The notes below the pieces were generated by a model. The model saw only the letters and a program-made list of their open reading frames with translations. It did not search any database and had not been told where the DNA came from. From Harriotta raleighana (lineage: Eukaryota): DNA of 64,000 bases. The stretch's first letter is position 1, and each line of letters starts with the position of its first letter. The DNA is taken from positions 1,258,274-1,322,273 of the forward strand of contig JBNZDD010013620.1 in assembly GCA_050575255.1 (NCBI GenBank). Direction: 5' to 3'. Positions 63,431-64,000 of the stretch are shown one piece after another. The translations under genes and the position numbers were made by a program.

Positions 63431-64000
63431 GATAGCTTGAGTATATCATTTGGGAATTTGAACTCAACTGATTCAGCAGTAGAGCCCAGCAATCTCTTTG
63501 CCTTGTTTATTGCTGCCTCCTATGCTTTTTTGACATAATGAGCAGAGCCAACCAATACTCGAAGAACTATTTCAACTTCCCCCCCCCCCCCTTGGCAAGT
63601 TATATTCCATCCATCAAATACTTTTGTTTCCTATTCTTACTTCCTATATGTAGTACAGTACCTCATATCGATCTTATTAAATTTCAGAGAATGGAATTGT
63701 ATCAGCATAGAAAGTAATGACTAGTCAGTGACTCAAATATCAGCGTTTGGCTCTTTATGGGTTCACATTATACACAAATGAAGCAGAAGCAAGAACAGAA
63801 ACATAAAAGTCTAAATGTGTTGAGCCCAAAATTAGCACAGTGGAAATTCAGTCACTGAGAATTGCGTACATTATGACATGCATTAAGTGATTGATGTAAA
63901 ACCACTCTAGTTGTCCTGATGCCTCAGGTGACATCCATTAGAAGAAGGTGCAGTTATTTCTCCTCAAAGCACAAGAAATTAATTCCATCTTGAGGTTTTC

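Overview
AT-rich, repeat-dense vertebrate genomic DNA. The repeat content (tRNA-headed SINEs with a Deu-like body and L2-type tail, older SacSINE/AmnSINE-like SINEs, many L2 and CR1 LINE fragments, TA-targeting Tc1/mariner-pogo MITEs) suggests a cartilaginous fish such as the elephant shark. That assignment is an inference. I see no intact host protein-coding gene, rRNA, real tRNA or CRISPR array. The main hidden structure is on the minus strand from about 45.4 kb down to about 1 kb, probably continuing past the window start: 25 or more exon-like segments, many still bounded by canonical AG/GT splice sites but full of stops and frameshifts. Read across frames, they look like the remains of one large secreted mosaic protein: signal peptide, about 8-10 Cys-anchored repeats, a LamG/ConA-like domain, AbfB-like, F5/8C discoidin, AbfB-like, then three more LamG/ConA-like domains with small Cys modules between them. 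I know this domain style from invertebrate extracellular proteins and cannot assign it to a named vertebrate gene, so I call it a candidate unitary pseudogene. Domain calls come from motif recognition by eye and need HMM or tBLASTn confirmation. Also present are a 602-bp solo LTR (147-748), an octamer-motif cluster (17872-18032), a 753-nt N gap, and several duplications flanking single Ns that are probably assembly artefacts.
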